The notes under the pieces were generated by a model that was not told where the DNA came from, ran no database searches, and saw only the letters and a program-made list of their open reading frames with translations. Shown here piece after piece: positions 29,291 to 38,481 of a stretch of DNA of 64,000 nt (position 1 is the stretch's first letter; the number at the start of each line of letters is the position of its first letter). The translations under genes were made by a program, and so were the position numbers. Source of the stretch: Bacteroidia bacterium (lineage in GTDB: Bacteria; Bacteroidota; Bacteroidia; M30B66); assembly GCA_965279035.1 (NCBI GenBank), contig OZ257142.1:3616001-3680000 (forward strand), given 5' to 3'.

Positions 29291-31912
29291 TTATTGTTTC
29301 CATACTAAGTTAAGCCGCTGATAACAACGATCGTGTGATTCTTTGCAAAAGAAAAGTGGCTTTCCATTTGCGCCAATATTTGAACCCATATCCCATTTGC
29401 CTATGATGGCTAACGTGATATAATGTGCAAATCGAGGTGTCACAAAATAATGGGTATAACAATTCGGATCTCCTGTTGCCAACCAAGCAATACCTTGATT
29501 TTGGTTAGTACTTGATGGAATTGAAGATGAAAATGAAGGCAAAGATTCATCCACGTAAGGACGAACGTACTTATTACTTTCATTCTTAAATCGATTGTCA
29601 TCGCTGTGATGAATGATGTTACCGGCAATATGACAAAGCTCATGTGTTAAAGCATAAATCATTAATTGACGAGTTAAAGCATCTAATCTGGAATCAATTA
29701 AACTTGAAAGAGTATTCATATCAACATCTGTGTTGAATTCTCTTTTCAAAACTTTAACTGATTCATAAAACGCTTGAGAATATCTAAACTCGAGTTTAGA
29801 AGAATCACTAAAATCAATGGTAGGAGGCAGATATTTTTTTAGCTCTGTAAATGCTTCTGTTAAATCATCATAATTAATAATGACTGCCCAAAAATTATGA
29901 GGTGAAATTTTCTGATCGTTATATGAACTTTCGGGTTTTAATAAAACAGATTTTGCCAATACATTGGCTTTTTTAGGATAGTCGATTATTGAAATACAAC
30001 ATAATTCATGCTCCGAAGAATGTTTTCCATCATTGGTTCTATTGAAGTTAGCCCAACGATTTATCATGTGAGTTGCGTAAGGAGAAGATATATTTTCCCC
30101 TGGAACCAATTCTAACAATTGATCATCTCCAATATCAATTACATCGATATTGCTATTTTTCGAAAAATAAGAAACCGCTTTATCAACCTCTTCTTTATAC
30201 TTTGATTTTAAGCACAAAAGAAGCTCTTGACGTTTAATATTTAATTGAATTCGTTTTAACGCATTGTCTTTTTTAATGACAAACCCACGGTATTCTTCGT
30301 ACAAAGTAATTCCGTCGCCTCTATTCGTATTTGGACTTCCAATGGATTCATTGTCTTCATTGGGAGGATAATTTAGATCGAATATTCCTTGATTTTTCTC
30401 CCATTGATCTGCAATATCATTATAGTTCCCATCCAATGGGATTGAGATGGCTTGCTCACTTTCAATTTGATCAATTACATGGGTTTCGAGTTTTGTTCCA
30501 TCTTCTAAAGTAACATCTGCATTGAGTTTCCCATAGGAACCATAATCATAACTAATGACTGTGATTGTTTTATCTTGAACTGTATTTTTAGTTATAAGTT
30601 CTGTTTCATCAACATGCTCATAAATAGCATTGGGATCGGTTGAATTAAAACGTAAATCAGGCTTTTTATCACTTAATTTTTGTGAAGGATAATTCATACA
30701 CCAACCACTATTTTTACTTGCCTCCGTAAAGAAAAAGCGTGCTTTCCAAGGCATGACAGCAGGTTGATGCGTTTTCTTATCCCAAACCATTATCTGAAAA
30801 TCAAGTCTGTTACCGCAAGCTATTCCCTGCGCATCTTTTTCGACTTGTTCTTTTTCATTGATTTTAGGTCCTTCAGGTATCCAAGTTTTGTATTTGTTTT
30901 TATCGACAGGAAATAACACTGCTTCGTATTTGGATTCTTGCAAAAGGCTTACTGAAACATGATAGGTAATTGCAATGGATACATTTCCATTTTTATAATT
31001 TACGGTAGAGGATTTGTCAAGCGTAAATCCATTTTTAACTTTTTGAATGGAAGCATCTGAAGCTATCATTCTTGCTGCGCTTTCAGAAGTTATAGCATAC
31101 GTTTCAGTTCCTTTATTACTCAAATTCCCTTGGAGTGCATTATAATTTAAACCAGCCTGTAAAATGCCAGCTAAATAATTTTCCCGAGTAAATGATGCAT
31201 TAAAAGAATTTCCAATTAAATCTGTTCGATTTCCATCTTCTAATTTTTCCCCAGAGCCAACTGCCTTATTTATTACAAATGCGAAATCAAGTGCACCTTC
31301 AGCCTTGGGTTTTTCTTCTGTTATTTCATAAGTAAAATTAAATGTGGGATTTTGTTCAAAAGACACACTATTCAAATTCCATTTCTCATCTAAATTATGC
31401 TCTTTCTGATTATTGTATAAGACATAGTCACTATATGAATTGAGTGTTTCCGAGGATTGATAGTTAGCTCCTCCTGTAATGACAAATTTCTTGTCTTTAA
31501 ACTTCCCTTTCTCCTCATCATTCCAATTAAAATCGTAATAAATATCGTTTCCTACAGTACGAATTTGAGCATACATACTATCACATACAGCATTTACATT
31601 ACAGGTATAAGTAGATGATCCAAAACTATGTGACTTTTCATTTTCTTCTCCAACAATGGTGGTATCGTGCGAAGTAACAATAGTATATTTCAAATTCAAT
31701 TTCGCAGTATAGGGAACAAAGCTTTCCTTATTGGCATATTGAGCAATATTATCATTTGATTTTGCTGGAATTTTATCGCCCATTCCATGCGTTTTCATGT
31801 ATTCGAGCTTTTGTTGATTGGTAGCTCCAGGCGGTTGTGCAAAGGTATTTATTGAAAAGAGGAAGCTAAATAAGCATTGAAAATAGAATGTCCATTTTAA
31901 TTTTACTGTCAT
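29291..31912 (-). CDS. Secreted hypothetical protein with a putative zinc-metalloprotease motif
   Basis: 873 aa; Sec-type signal ending ...NTFA/Q; HELCHIAGNIIHH motif (29630-29644 encodes HELCH); DGNYNDIADQWE and GDGITLYEEYRGF motifs. Confidence 0.65.
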   Translation of the reverse strand: MTVKLKWTFYFQCLFSFLFSINTFAQPPGATNQQKLEYMKTHGMGDKIPAKSNDNIAQYANKESFVPYTAKLNLKYTIVTSHDTTIVGEENEKSHSFGSSTYTCNVNAVCDSMYAQIRTVGNDIYYDFNWNDEEKGKFKDKKFVITGGANYQSSETLNSYSDYVLYNNQKEHNLDEKWNLNSVSFEQNPTFNFTYEITEEKPKAEGALDFAFVINKAVGSGEKLEDGNRTDLIGNSFNASFTRENYLAGILQAGLNYNALQGNLSNKGTETYAITSESAARMIASDASIQKVKNGFTLDKSSTVNYKNGNVSIAITYHVSVSLLQESKYEAVLFPVDKNKYKTWIPEGPKINEKEQVEKDAQGIACGNRLDFQIMVWDKKTHQPAVMPWKARFFFTEASKNSGWCMNYPSQKLSDKKPDLRFNSTDPNAIYEHVDETELITKNTVQDKTITVISYDYGSYGKLNADVTLEDGTKLETHVIDQIESEQAISIPLDGNYNDIADQWEKNQGIFDLNYPPNEDNESIGSPNTNRGDGITLYEEYRGFVIKKDNALKRIQLNIKRQELLLCLKSKYKEEVDKAVSYFSKNSNIDVIDIGDDQLLELVPGENISSPYATHMINRWANFNRTNDGKHSSEHELCCISIIDYPKKANVLAKSVLLKPESSYNDQKISPHNFWAVIINYDDLTEAFTELKKYLPPTIDFSDSSKLEFRYSQAFYESVKVLKREFNTDVDMNTLSSLIDSRLDALTRQLMIYALTHELCHIAGNIIHHSDDNRFKNESNKYVRPYVDESLPSFSSSIPSSTNQNQGIAWLATGDPNCYTHYFVTPRFAHYITLAIIGKWDMGSNIGANGKPLFFCKESHDRCYQRLNLVWKQ

Positions 31913-32021
31913 AAAGAATTAAATTTCATCATGAATAAAAAGAGTATTCAATGCATGTATTTTAAACAAGCAAGGGTGAAAAAACCAAAAATTAAAAAAG
32001 TTTATGCAGTCCAGTGAAACC

Positions 32022-33056
32022 TTATTGTTTAATAAATTCAACTCTTCTGTTATTGGCTTTTCCCTCGGAAGTTGAATTATCGGAAATTGGTTTGGATTCA
32101 CCATATCCTTTGGAACTGAGTCTTGATGCATCTATACTTTGTTTGATCAATTCTGTTTTTACTGCATCAGCACGTTGTTGTGATAATTTTAAATTAGAGG
32201 CATCTTCACCATCACTATCCGTATGTCCACCAATCTCGAATTTCAATTCCGGATGTGCTTTCATTAATGCGATTATTCTATTTATTTCACCCATACTTTC
32301 GGGTTTTAAGCTTGCTTTATTATAGTCGAACTTAATTCCGCGAGCTATGAATTTACCATCACTTGTAATTTGCTTGTATGGATCAACTCCGCCTGCAGCT
32401 AAACGAATATTTTTAAAATAACGTTGATTTAAACCATCAGTTGAAATTCCAACTAAATTAAATGTGAATGAGTTCGCTCTTCCGAATTCCGTTTGAGCAT
32501 TTAATACACGCACATTATTGATATATACTTTCATTGTAGTTTCATTCACTGAAATTGCTACATGATACCATTTGCCTTCAGCAATATCATCAGGTGTTGG
32601 ATATTCTCCTTTTTGAAGTTCCAAGCTTACTTGACCATTACTCATTATTTTTAAATTATTTGCCAAGTTGCCTGTTCCTTCATTCCAAACAATATCTATT
32701 GGCCAACCACTTCCTGCCGCATCTGAGCCTGTTGTCATGGCATCAAATTCAAGTGTAAAACGTTTTGGTAAAATTGCATTGTTCTTTAAACGTGGAGTAA
32801 TTTGTACGTTCCACCCATCAATCATAACAATGGATTTTTCTCCATCTTTTTCTCGCACTTCTGTTCTACCTGAAATTATTTTCCATTTACTTGGTATTTC
32901 ATCTGTTTGTTCATCAACAACTAAGTCTTCAAATAAAATAGTGTCGCCTGGAACAAAATCATACTTACCATAAGCACTCATGTCTGTTTGTGCTGAGAGT
33001 GATAAACAATTCAATAATATGAAAGAGAAGAACAGTCTAAAAACAATATTTTTCAT
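32022..33056 (-). CDS. OmpA C-terminal (peptidoglycan-binding) domain protein with N-terminal ConA/LamG-like domain
   Basis: Signal peptide; KWYHVAISV...KVYINNVRV lectin-like strand pattern; IKFDYNKA...GHTDSDG...NLKLSQQRA...GYGESKP...NRRVEF OmpA motif. Confidence 0.88.
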   Translation of the reverse strand: MKNIVFRLFFSFILLNCLSLSAQTDMSAYGKYDFVPGDTILFEDLVVDEQTDEIPSKWKIISGRTEVREKDGEKSIVMIDGWNVQITPRLKNNAILPKRFTLEFDAMTTGSDAAGSGWPIDIVWNEGTGNLANNLKIMSNGQVSLELQKGEYPTPDDIAEGKWYHVAISVNETTMKVYINNVRVLNAQTEFGRANSFTFNLVGISTDGLNQRYFKNIRLAAGGVDPYKQITSDGKFIARGIKFDYNKASLKPESMGEINRIIALMKAHPELKFEIGGHTDSDGEDASNLKLSQQRADAVKTELIKQSIDASRLSSKGYGESKPISDNSTSEGKANNRRVEFIKQ

Positions 33057-33070
33057 TCGACATTTTTTTT

Positions 33071-33078
33071 CAAAAGTA
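33071..33078 (-). promoter_or_regulatory. Bacteroidota sigma70 -7 element for the OmpA-domain gene
   Basis: TACTTTTG on the minus strand matches TAnnTTTG, 14 nt upstream of the ATG. Confidence 0.55.
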
Positions 33079-33166
33079 ATTTTTTTGAATTAATCTCTTC
33101 AATTGCTTTTCCTTTCGAATATTGAAATTGTATTAAATTTTAAGCAAGAATTTTTATTCATTTATA

Positions 33167-33197
33167 ATTGTACATACAATCAATTTAACTACTTTTG
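33167..33197 (+). promoter_or_regulatory. Putative MarR operator (ATTGTA-CA-TACAAT) plus -7 promoter element TACTTTTG
   Basis: Palindrome at 33167-33180 just upstream of TAnnTTTG at 33190-33197; the same motif recurs at 33673-33685. Confidence 0.6.
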
Positions 33198-33201
33198 TCT
33201 T

Positions 33202-33654
33202 ATGAAATTGGAAGAAGCATTAAAACAAACCAAGCCGTTTAAAAGTGAGTTTCAGAAATTGGTTCTGAATATTCACTATACGAGTAGTTGTTTGAATGCA
33301 GCTTTGGCAGAAATATTAAAGCCTTTTGATTTAAGTCCACATCAGTATAATGTATTACGCATTTTAAAAGGTAAACATCCTGATAGCTATTGTAATCAGG
33401 AAATTACGAGCCGAATGATTGATAAAAATTCGAATGCAACACGCATCGTTGATAAGCTGGTTGTGAAAAAGTTAGTTAGCCGTATTGGATGTGATGAAGA
33501 TCGTCGCCAAGTTCTTATCAAGATTACTGATGCTGGATTAAAGACTTTGGATGAAATTGATTCAAAGTTAAGAGATGATTCAATTGCAATACCGGGCATT
33601 ACGGAAGAAGAAGCCAAATTAGTGAATGCCTGCCTTGACAGAATTCGGAAATAA
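33202..33654 (+). CDS. MarR family transcriptional regulator
   Basis: LSPHQYNVLRILKG...MIDKNSNATRIVDKL..K.LV.R....DRR...I.IT..G wHTH; start set to ATG 33202. Confidence 0.92.
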   Translation: MKLEEALKQTKPFKSEFQKLVLNIHYTSSCLNAALAEILKPFDLSPHQYNVLRILKGKHPDSYCNQEITSRMIDKNSNATRIVDKLVVKKLVSRIGCDEDRRQVLIKITDAGLKTLDEIDSKLRDDSIAIPGITEEEAKLVNACLDRIRK

Positions 33655-33672
33655 AAATTTTTACCTATTTAC

Positions 33673-33700
33673 TTGTACATACAATTTTAATACATACAAT
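33673..33700 (+). promoter_or_regulatory. Second putative MarR operator plus partial copy upstream of the membrane-protein gene
   Basis: TTGTACATACAAT (33673-33685) followed by TACATACAAT (33691-33700). Confidence 0.55.
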
Positions 33701-33721
33701 CACTTTCAAACAAACAATCCC

Positions 33722-34132
33722 ATGAAATCAAAACTCACATTTGTACAATCGATTAAAGCAGGTGCCATGGCTGCTGGAGCTGCTGCAGTAATCAATTCGA
33801 TTATCTTCTTCATTTTCCATTCTACTGGAATATTTGTTGACACCATTTACATTCAACCTGGACAAGCACTCACAGTGATTCCAATTCTTATTTCAAGCAT
33901 TGCACCGACTCTCATTGCTAGTTGTGTGTTTTTCTTGCTAGAGAAATACACTAAAAATGGAGTTCAGATTTTCCGGATCGTTTCGATTGTTATATTGCTG
34001 CTATCATTTGGAAATCCCTTTATGATTCCTCAGGTAACGATAAGTTATGCTATTGCTTTAGATGTAATGCATGTTGTTGTTGTTGCCTGTTTGCTTTATT
34101 TTATTGGCAAAGCTGTAAGCGAAAAAAACTAA
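33722..34132 (+). CDS. Small four-TM membrane protein (DUF6069-like)
   Basis: Hydrophobic 136 aa with F.IVS...LLLSF..PF...L.VMHVVV pattern; start set to ATG 33722. Confidence 0.65.
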   Translation: MKSKLTFVQSIKAGAMAAGAAAVINSIIFFIFHSTGIFVDTIYIQPGQALTVIPILISSIAPTLIASCVFFLLEKYTKNGVQIFRIVSIVILLLSFGNPFMIPQVTISYAIALDVMHVVVVACLLYFIGKAVSEKN

Positions 34133-34155
34133 TCAATATAGCTTGATGGTTTAGG

Positions 34156-34206
34156 ATTCTTCCTTTCGAGATGAGCAGCATGCTGGTTTCGGAGGAAGAA
34201 TTTTTC
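34156..34206 (+). terminator. Long hairpin followed by T-tract downstream of the membrane-protein gene
   Basis: ATTCTTCCT (34156-34164) pairs with AGGAAGAAT (34193-34201), with further imperfect inner pairing, then a T run. Confidence 0.5.
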
Positions 34207-34338
34207 GTTTTAGAACGAGCAACAGCGATTGAGGTGAGCTCCTGCGAGCCGAAAGCGCGGTGGTTTTAAAGCACAGTGAAACGGAGATTTAAAACCAGTT
34301 GCCCAAATTATTAAAGTTCTCTTCTTGAAAGTATCGGC

Positions 34339-34346
34339 TATCTTTG
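34339..34346 (+). promoter_or_regulatory. -7 promoter element of rnpB
   Basis: TATCTTTG, 4 nt before the predicted RNase P RNA 5' end. Confidence 0.7.
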
Positions 34347-34350
34347 CGGC

Positions 34351-34733
34351 AAACAGTCCGCCTTGTCGCGAGGTACATTCGTGTATCGCGAGGAAAGTCC
34401 GGGCAACATAGAGCATCCTGCTTCCTAACGGGAAGGCAATGGAAGGGCAACCAACCGTCGACAGCCAGTGCCACAGAGAAAATACCGCCTCATTGCAAAA
34501 TGGGGTAAGGGTGAAAACGCGGGGTAAGAGCCCACGACGCAGTTGGCGACAGCTGTGATGGCAAACCTCAGGAGTTGAAAGTCCAAATAGGCAAGAGATG
34601 AGGCTGCTCGTCTAAGATCTTCGGATTGCTCTTGCGGGTAGGGCGCTAGAGCCTGTTGGTGACGGCAGGCCCAGATAAATGACAGGGCGTGTTCTTTCGG
34701 GAGCATGACAGAACCCGGCTTATAGGACTGTTT
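34351..34733 (+). ncRNA. rnpB: RNase P RNA (bacterial type A)
   Basis: Universal GAGGAAAGTCCGGGC and ACAGAACCCGGCTTAT motifs, AGTGCCACAGA, AGGGTGAAA, GGTAAGAGCCCAC; terminal P1 helix aaacagtcc/ggactgttt. Confidence 0.97.
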
Positions 34734-34952
34734 TATTTTTGAATTTGAGCGGAATTGTTCCGAGAAAATAAGCCAAAGGGGACAAAAAATCCCCAAGGTA
34801 TCTTTAAAAATCGACGGAATTGACTCGCTCAATTTGTTGATAAGTTGCAATTGCATCCAAAATATACAAGTCTACAACATTAGATTTTTCAGTACATACA
34901 GGCGATTTCTGCACAGGCTTTAGTAGGATGTCGGCTGGTTGATGAATAAGCG

Positions 34953-34960
34953 TACCTTTG
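34953..34960 (+). promoter_or_regulatory. -7 promoter element of the DEAD-box helicase gene
   Basis: TACCTTTG, 16 nt upstream of the ATG. Confidence 0.6.
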
Positions 34961-34976
34961 CCGCTCAATATATTCA

Positions 34977-36770
34977 ATGACAACTTTTTCAGAATTGGGG
35001 CTCCGTCCGGAGCTTCTGGAGGCGCTGACCCAGATGGGGTTTACGACTCCAACGCCTATCCAGGAGCAAACGATACCGCTGCTTACTGAGAACATTACCG
35101 ACCTTGTTGCACTTGCTCAAACCGGAACCGGGAAAACCGCTGCTTTCGGACTGCCATTGCTGAACATTTTGGATGAAGAACGCCGCACACCGCAAGCACT
35201 CATCCTCTGCCCTACTCGCGAACTCTGCATGCAGATTACAAAGGACATGGAAGCATTTTCAACTAAAATGCCTCAAGTGAAAATTGTAGCAGTGTATGGT
35301 GGAGCGGCAATTACCACACAAATTAGCCAGATTAAACGCGGTGTTCAGATTGTGGTAGCAACACCGGGACGTTTAAAAGATTTGATCGATCGTAAAGCAA
35401 TTGCTTTAGGTGAAGTTGAAACGCTCGTGTTAGATGAAGCGGATGAAATGCTCAACATGGGCTTTCGTGATGATATCGATTACATTTTAGCAACAACACC
35501 GGAAGAAAAACAAACGTGGCTGTTTTCAGCTACAATGCCATCGGAAGTTGCTTCGATCTCGAAACGCTACATGGTTTCACCAGTGGAAATTTCGGTTGGT
35601 AAGAAGAATCAAGGTGCTACGAATATTGAGCATTTGTACTACATGGTGAGCAATCACAATCGTTACAATGCACTGAAACGTATTGCCGATTTTCATCCTG
35701 ATATTTATGGTATCATTTTCTGCCGTACCAAAATGGAAACGCAGGAAATTGCTGAGAAATTGATTAAAGACGGTTATAATGCCGATTCGCTTCATGGCGA
35801 TTTGAGTCAAGCTCAGCGTGATTCAGTCATGCGTAAGTTCCGTAACAAGAATCTTCAAATGTTGGTAGCTACCGATGTGGCTGCTCGAGGGATTGATGTG
35901 GATAGCATCTCTCACGTAATACATTACAACCTTCCGGATGATTCGGAAAGTTATACGCACCGAAGCGGACGTACTGCCCGTGCTGGCCGTTCGGGAATTT
36001 CCTTGGCGATTATTACACCACGTGATTTGAATAAAATCCGTCAGGTTGAACATCGCATTGGTACTCAATTCGCGCACAAACAAGTTCCAACTGGAATTGA
36101 AGTGTGTGAGCAACAGTTGATTTACCTAGCTAAGAAAGCTCACGATGTGGCGGTAAATCCCGACATCGAACAGTACTTATCGGCTATCCTCGAAACATTT
36201 GAGGACATGAGTAAAGAAGAAGTTCTGAAAAGCTTCCTATCGCTCGAGTTTAACCGATTCTTGGAATACTACAAGAATGCTTCTGACCTCAACGAAGGTC
36301 GAGGATCGCGTGCTGAAAGTGGTCGCCCGGTTGGAATTCCAATGACACGCTATTTTGTTGGCGTGGGTGAATTGGATGGAATAGATAAATCGGGAATGGT
36401 TCGTTTGTTATGCGATACGACTGGTTTACCGAATGATAAAATTGGAAAAATTGAATTGCGTCGCAGCTTTTCGTTTTTCGAAGTTCCACCACAATTTGAG
36501 CACATTGTAGAAAGCAAATTCGAAGATGTTCAGGTGAATGGCCGTACGATTCGTATTGAAAAAACTACCGGTGTTGGTGATGGTGGTGGAAAACGCAGCG
36601 GTGGATATGGTGGAGGAAGCGGCGGCGGTGGAAAACGCTGGGACAATGATCGTCCAAGTGCAGGAAAATCTCGTCCATACCGTGAGAAAGAAAGCAGTGG
36701 CGGATATCGCTCTTCGGGCTCTTCTTCGGGAGGTTCTGGTGGCGGATTTAAAGGCAGAAAGAAATACTAA
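34977..36770 (+). CDS. DEAD-box RNA helicase (DeaD/CsdA-like, DbpA RNA-binding domain, G/S/R-rich tail)
   Basis: Q motif, AQTGTGKT, PTREL, TPGR, LDEADEM, SAT, ARGID, HRSGRTARAG. Confidence 0.95.
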   Translation: MTTFSELGLRPELLEALTQMGFTTPTPIQEQTIPLLTENITDLVALAQTGTGKTAAFGLPLLNILDEERRTPQALILCPTRELCMQITKDMEAFSTKMPQVKIVAVYGGAAITTQISQIKRGVQIVVATPGRLKDLIDRKAIALGEVETLVLDEADEMLNMGFRDDIDYILATTPEEKQTWLFSATMPSEVASISKRYMVSPVEISVGKKNQGATNIEHLYYMVSNHNRYNALKRIADFHPDIYGIIFCRTKMETQEIAEKLIKDGYNADSLHGDLSQAQRDSVMRKFRNKNLQMLVATDVAARGIDVDSISHVIHYNLPDDSESYTHRSGRTARAGRSGISLAIITPRDLNKIRQVEHRIGTQFAHKQVPTGIEVCEQQLIYLAKKAHDVAVNPDIEQYLSAILETFEDMSKEEVLKSFLSLEFNRFLEYYKNASDLNEGRGSRAESGRPVGIPMTRYFVGVGELDGIDKSGMVRLLCDTTGLPNDKIGKIELRRSFSFFEVPPQFEHIVESKFEDVQVNGRTIRIEKTTGVGDGGGKRSGGYGGGSGGGGKRWDNDRPSAGKSRPYREKESSGGYRSSGSSSGGSGGGFKGRKKY

Positions 36771-36780
36771 TAGCTTTTAA

Positions 36781-38481
36781 CTAACGCTTAATAACCTGAC
36801 GACTGAACGTGCGTGTTGGTGTAATTACCGACACCACGTATTGTCCGGAACTCAATCGGCGCACTTTTTCTAATTGCATCATATTGTTCACGTATGGATA
36901 CACGTGTACTTTTTCTTCTGCAATTTGTTTCCCTGAAAGTTTAAATATTTTCACCTGAATATCCTGTTCACTGGTTGAATAAAACTCAACAGTAACGCCT
37001 TCTATAAATGGATTCGGGTAAACGTTGACTACACTATCGCTCACCGTTTTATTGAGTTGCATTTGTGATAAAATAGCATGTGCTTTCAAGAAATTTGGAA
37101 TTCCAAAACCCTTTTTAGCATCCGGTGAATCGTATTGATCGGAGCATTGTTCAATGGCTTTGAATATCTCCATGGCACTTGCTTCGGGATGAGCTTGCCA
37201 CAAACAAGCCGACATGCCTGCCATGATGGGAGAAGAGAAGGAAGTTCCATTCGATTTGCCGGGAGTTCCGGCTGAAGTAATCACCCAAGGTTGTTGTCCC
37301 ATAGCGGATACATTAGGTTTTATTCTGCCATCGGCAGTCGGACCAAGCGAGCTGAAAGAAGCATAATTGCGATTAGCATCAACAGCACCAATGCTTAAAA
37401 CACTATCAGCATCGGCAGGAAAACCAATGTATTTCCAAGGTTCAGCTCCTGAATTTCCTGCAGAATTCACTACGAGTATTCCTTTGCTTGCAGCGATATT
37501 GGCTCCAATTGTAATGCGAGCCGTATGTCCGTTGAGTTGAGCAATGGTATGACTAGCAGTTGAATCGTCAAATACGGTATAGCCTAAGGATGAATTGATG
37601 ACATCGGCACCAACGCTATCGGCAAACTCAGCACCTCGCACCCAATTATCTTCCTCGATTAGATTTTCGGAATCAGCATCTTCGGTTCTTAAAAGCCAAT
37701 AGCTGGCTTGAGGCGATGTACCAACAAAAATCCCAGGAATATTTCCTGCCATGGTAGAAAGTACAGCCAAACCATGCGCATTGTCTTCAAAGACAGAAGT
37801 TCCACCAGTAACAAAATCGCGTGTGCCTAATAGTCGACCTGAATTTCGGAGTGAATCAAAAAAAGCAATTTGATCTACATGAAAAAATCCAGCATCGAGC
37901 ACAGCGATGGTCATTCCTTCGCCTTGAAAACCCATAGCGTGCAGTTTTTCACCTTGAAGCATTTTTATTTGCACATCCGAATTCCCATAAAAAGGATCTG
38001 CACCTAGTAAAGCAAGTTGCTTTTTAGCCGCTTCTGCTTCGGCTTGCTCGTACATCTTCATTAAATCGGCAATGAATTGATCGGCAACGTTTTTCTTTTT
38101 CAATCGAGCAACCTTCCCCACCTGATTCACAAAAGGTAAAGCTTGAACGGCAAGTAAAACCGATGAATCAGCAATTTCGATTGTTACCGCATTGAACCAT
38201 TTGCTCCTGTTTAAAATGATAGCTCCTGTTGCAGCTACTTGATCAACATAGGATGGATTAACTGGTAAATCGTTTTCCTTGAGTGCGATGCCTTGATTTT
38301 CGCGACGTTGTAATGCTTTGGGGGAAAGAAATTCGGACGCATTAGAAAGTGAATAAGGTGAACCTGTTCGATTCGTAAACTGAACCCAAAATTTAAGAGG
38401 AGCAGATAAGGTTGTTTGAGCATTTCCTGCAAGAGAAGTCAGGACAAACAAATACAAAAACAGATTTCGTTTCTTCATCAT
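36781..38481 (-). CDS. S8 family subtilisin-like serine peptidase with T9SS type-A CTD
   Basis: VLDAGF (Asp), HGLAVLS (His), SAGNSG, NGTSFSSP (Ser); C-terminal VYPNPF...SGQYVV. Confidence 0.9.
   Translation of the reverse strand: MMKKRNLFLYLFVLTSLAGNAQTTLSAPLKFWVQFTNRTGSPYSLSNASEFLSPKALQRRENQGIALKENDLPVNPSYVDQVAATGAIILNRSKWFNAVTIEIADSSVLLAVQALPFVNQVGKVARLKKKNVADQFIADLMKMYEQAEAEAAKKQLALLGADPFYGNSDVQIKMLQGEKLHAMGFQGEGMTIAVLDAGFFHVDQIAFFDSLRNSGRLLGTRDFVTGGTSVFEDNAHGLAVLSTMAGNIPGIFVGTSPQASYWLLRTEDADSENLIEEDNWVRGAEFADSVGADVINSSLGYTVFDDSTASHTIAQLNGHTARITIGANIAASKGILVVNSAGNSGAEPWKYIGFPADADSVLSIGAVDANRNYASFSSLGPTADGRIKPNVSAMGQQPWVITSAGTPGKSNGTSFSSPIMAGMSACLWQAHPEASAMEIFKAIEQCSDQYDSPDAKKGFGIPNFLKAHAILSQMQLNKTVSDSVVNVYPNPFIEGVTVEFYSTSEQDIQVKIFKLSGKQIAEEKVHVYPYVNNMMQLEKVRRLSSGQYVVSVITPTRTFSRQVIKR

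Noticed and set aside
31919-32131. 70-aa ORF between the OmpA and protease genes as a possible immunity or inhibitor peptide
   Set aside because: It overlaps the OmpA 3' end by 110 bp in another frame and has no signal peptide or motif; likely spurious.
34210-35095. Minus-strand ORFs of 61-143 aa around rnpB
   Set aside because: They are antisense to the RNase P RNA, its upstream element or the helicase start, and have no recognisable protein features.
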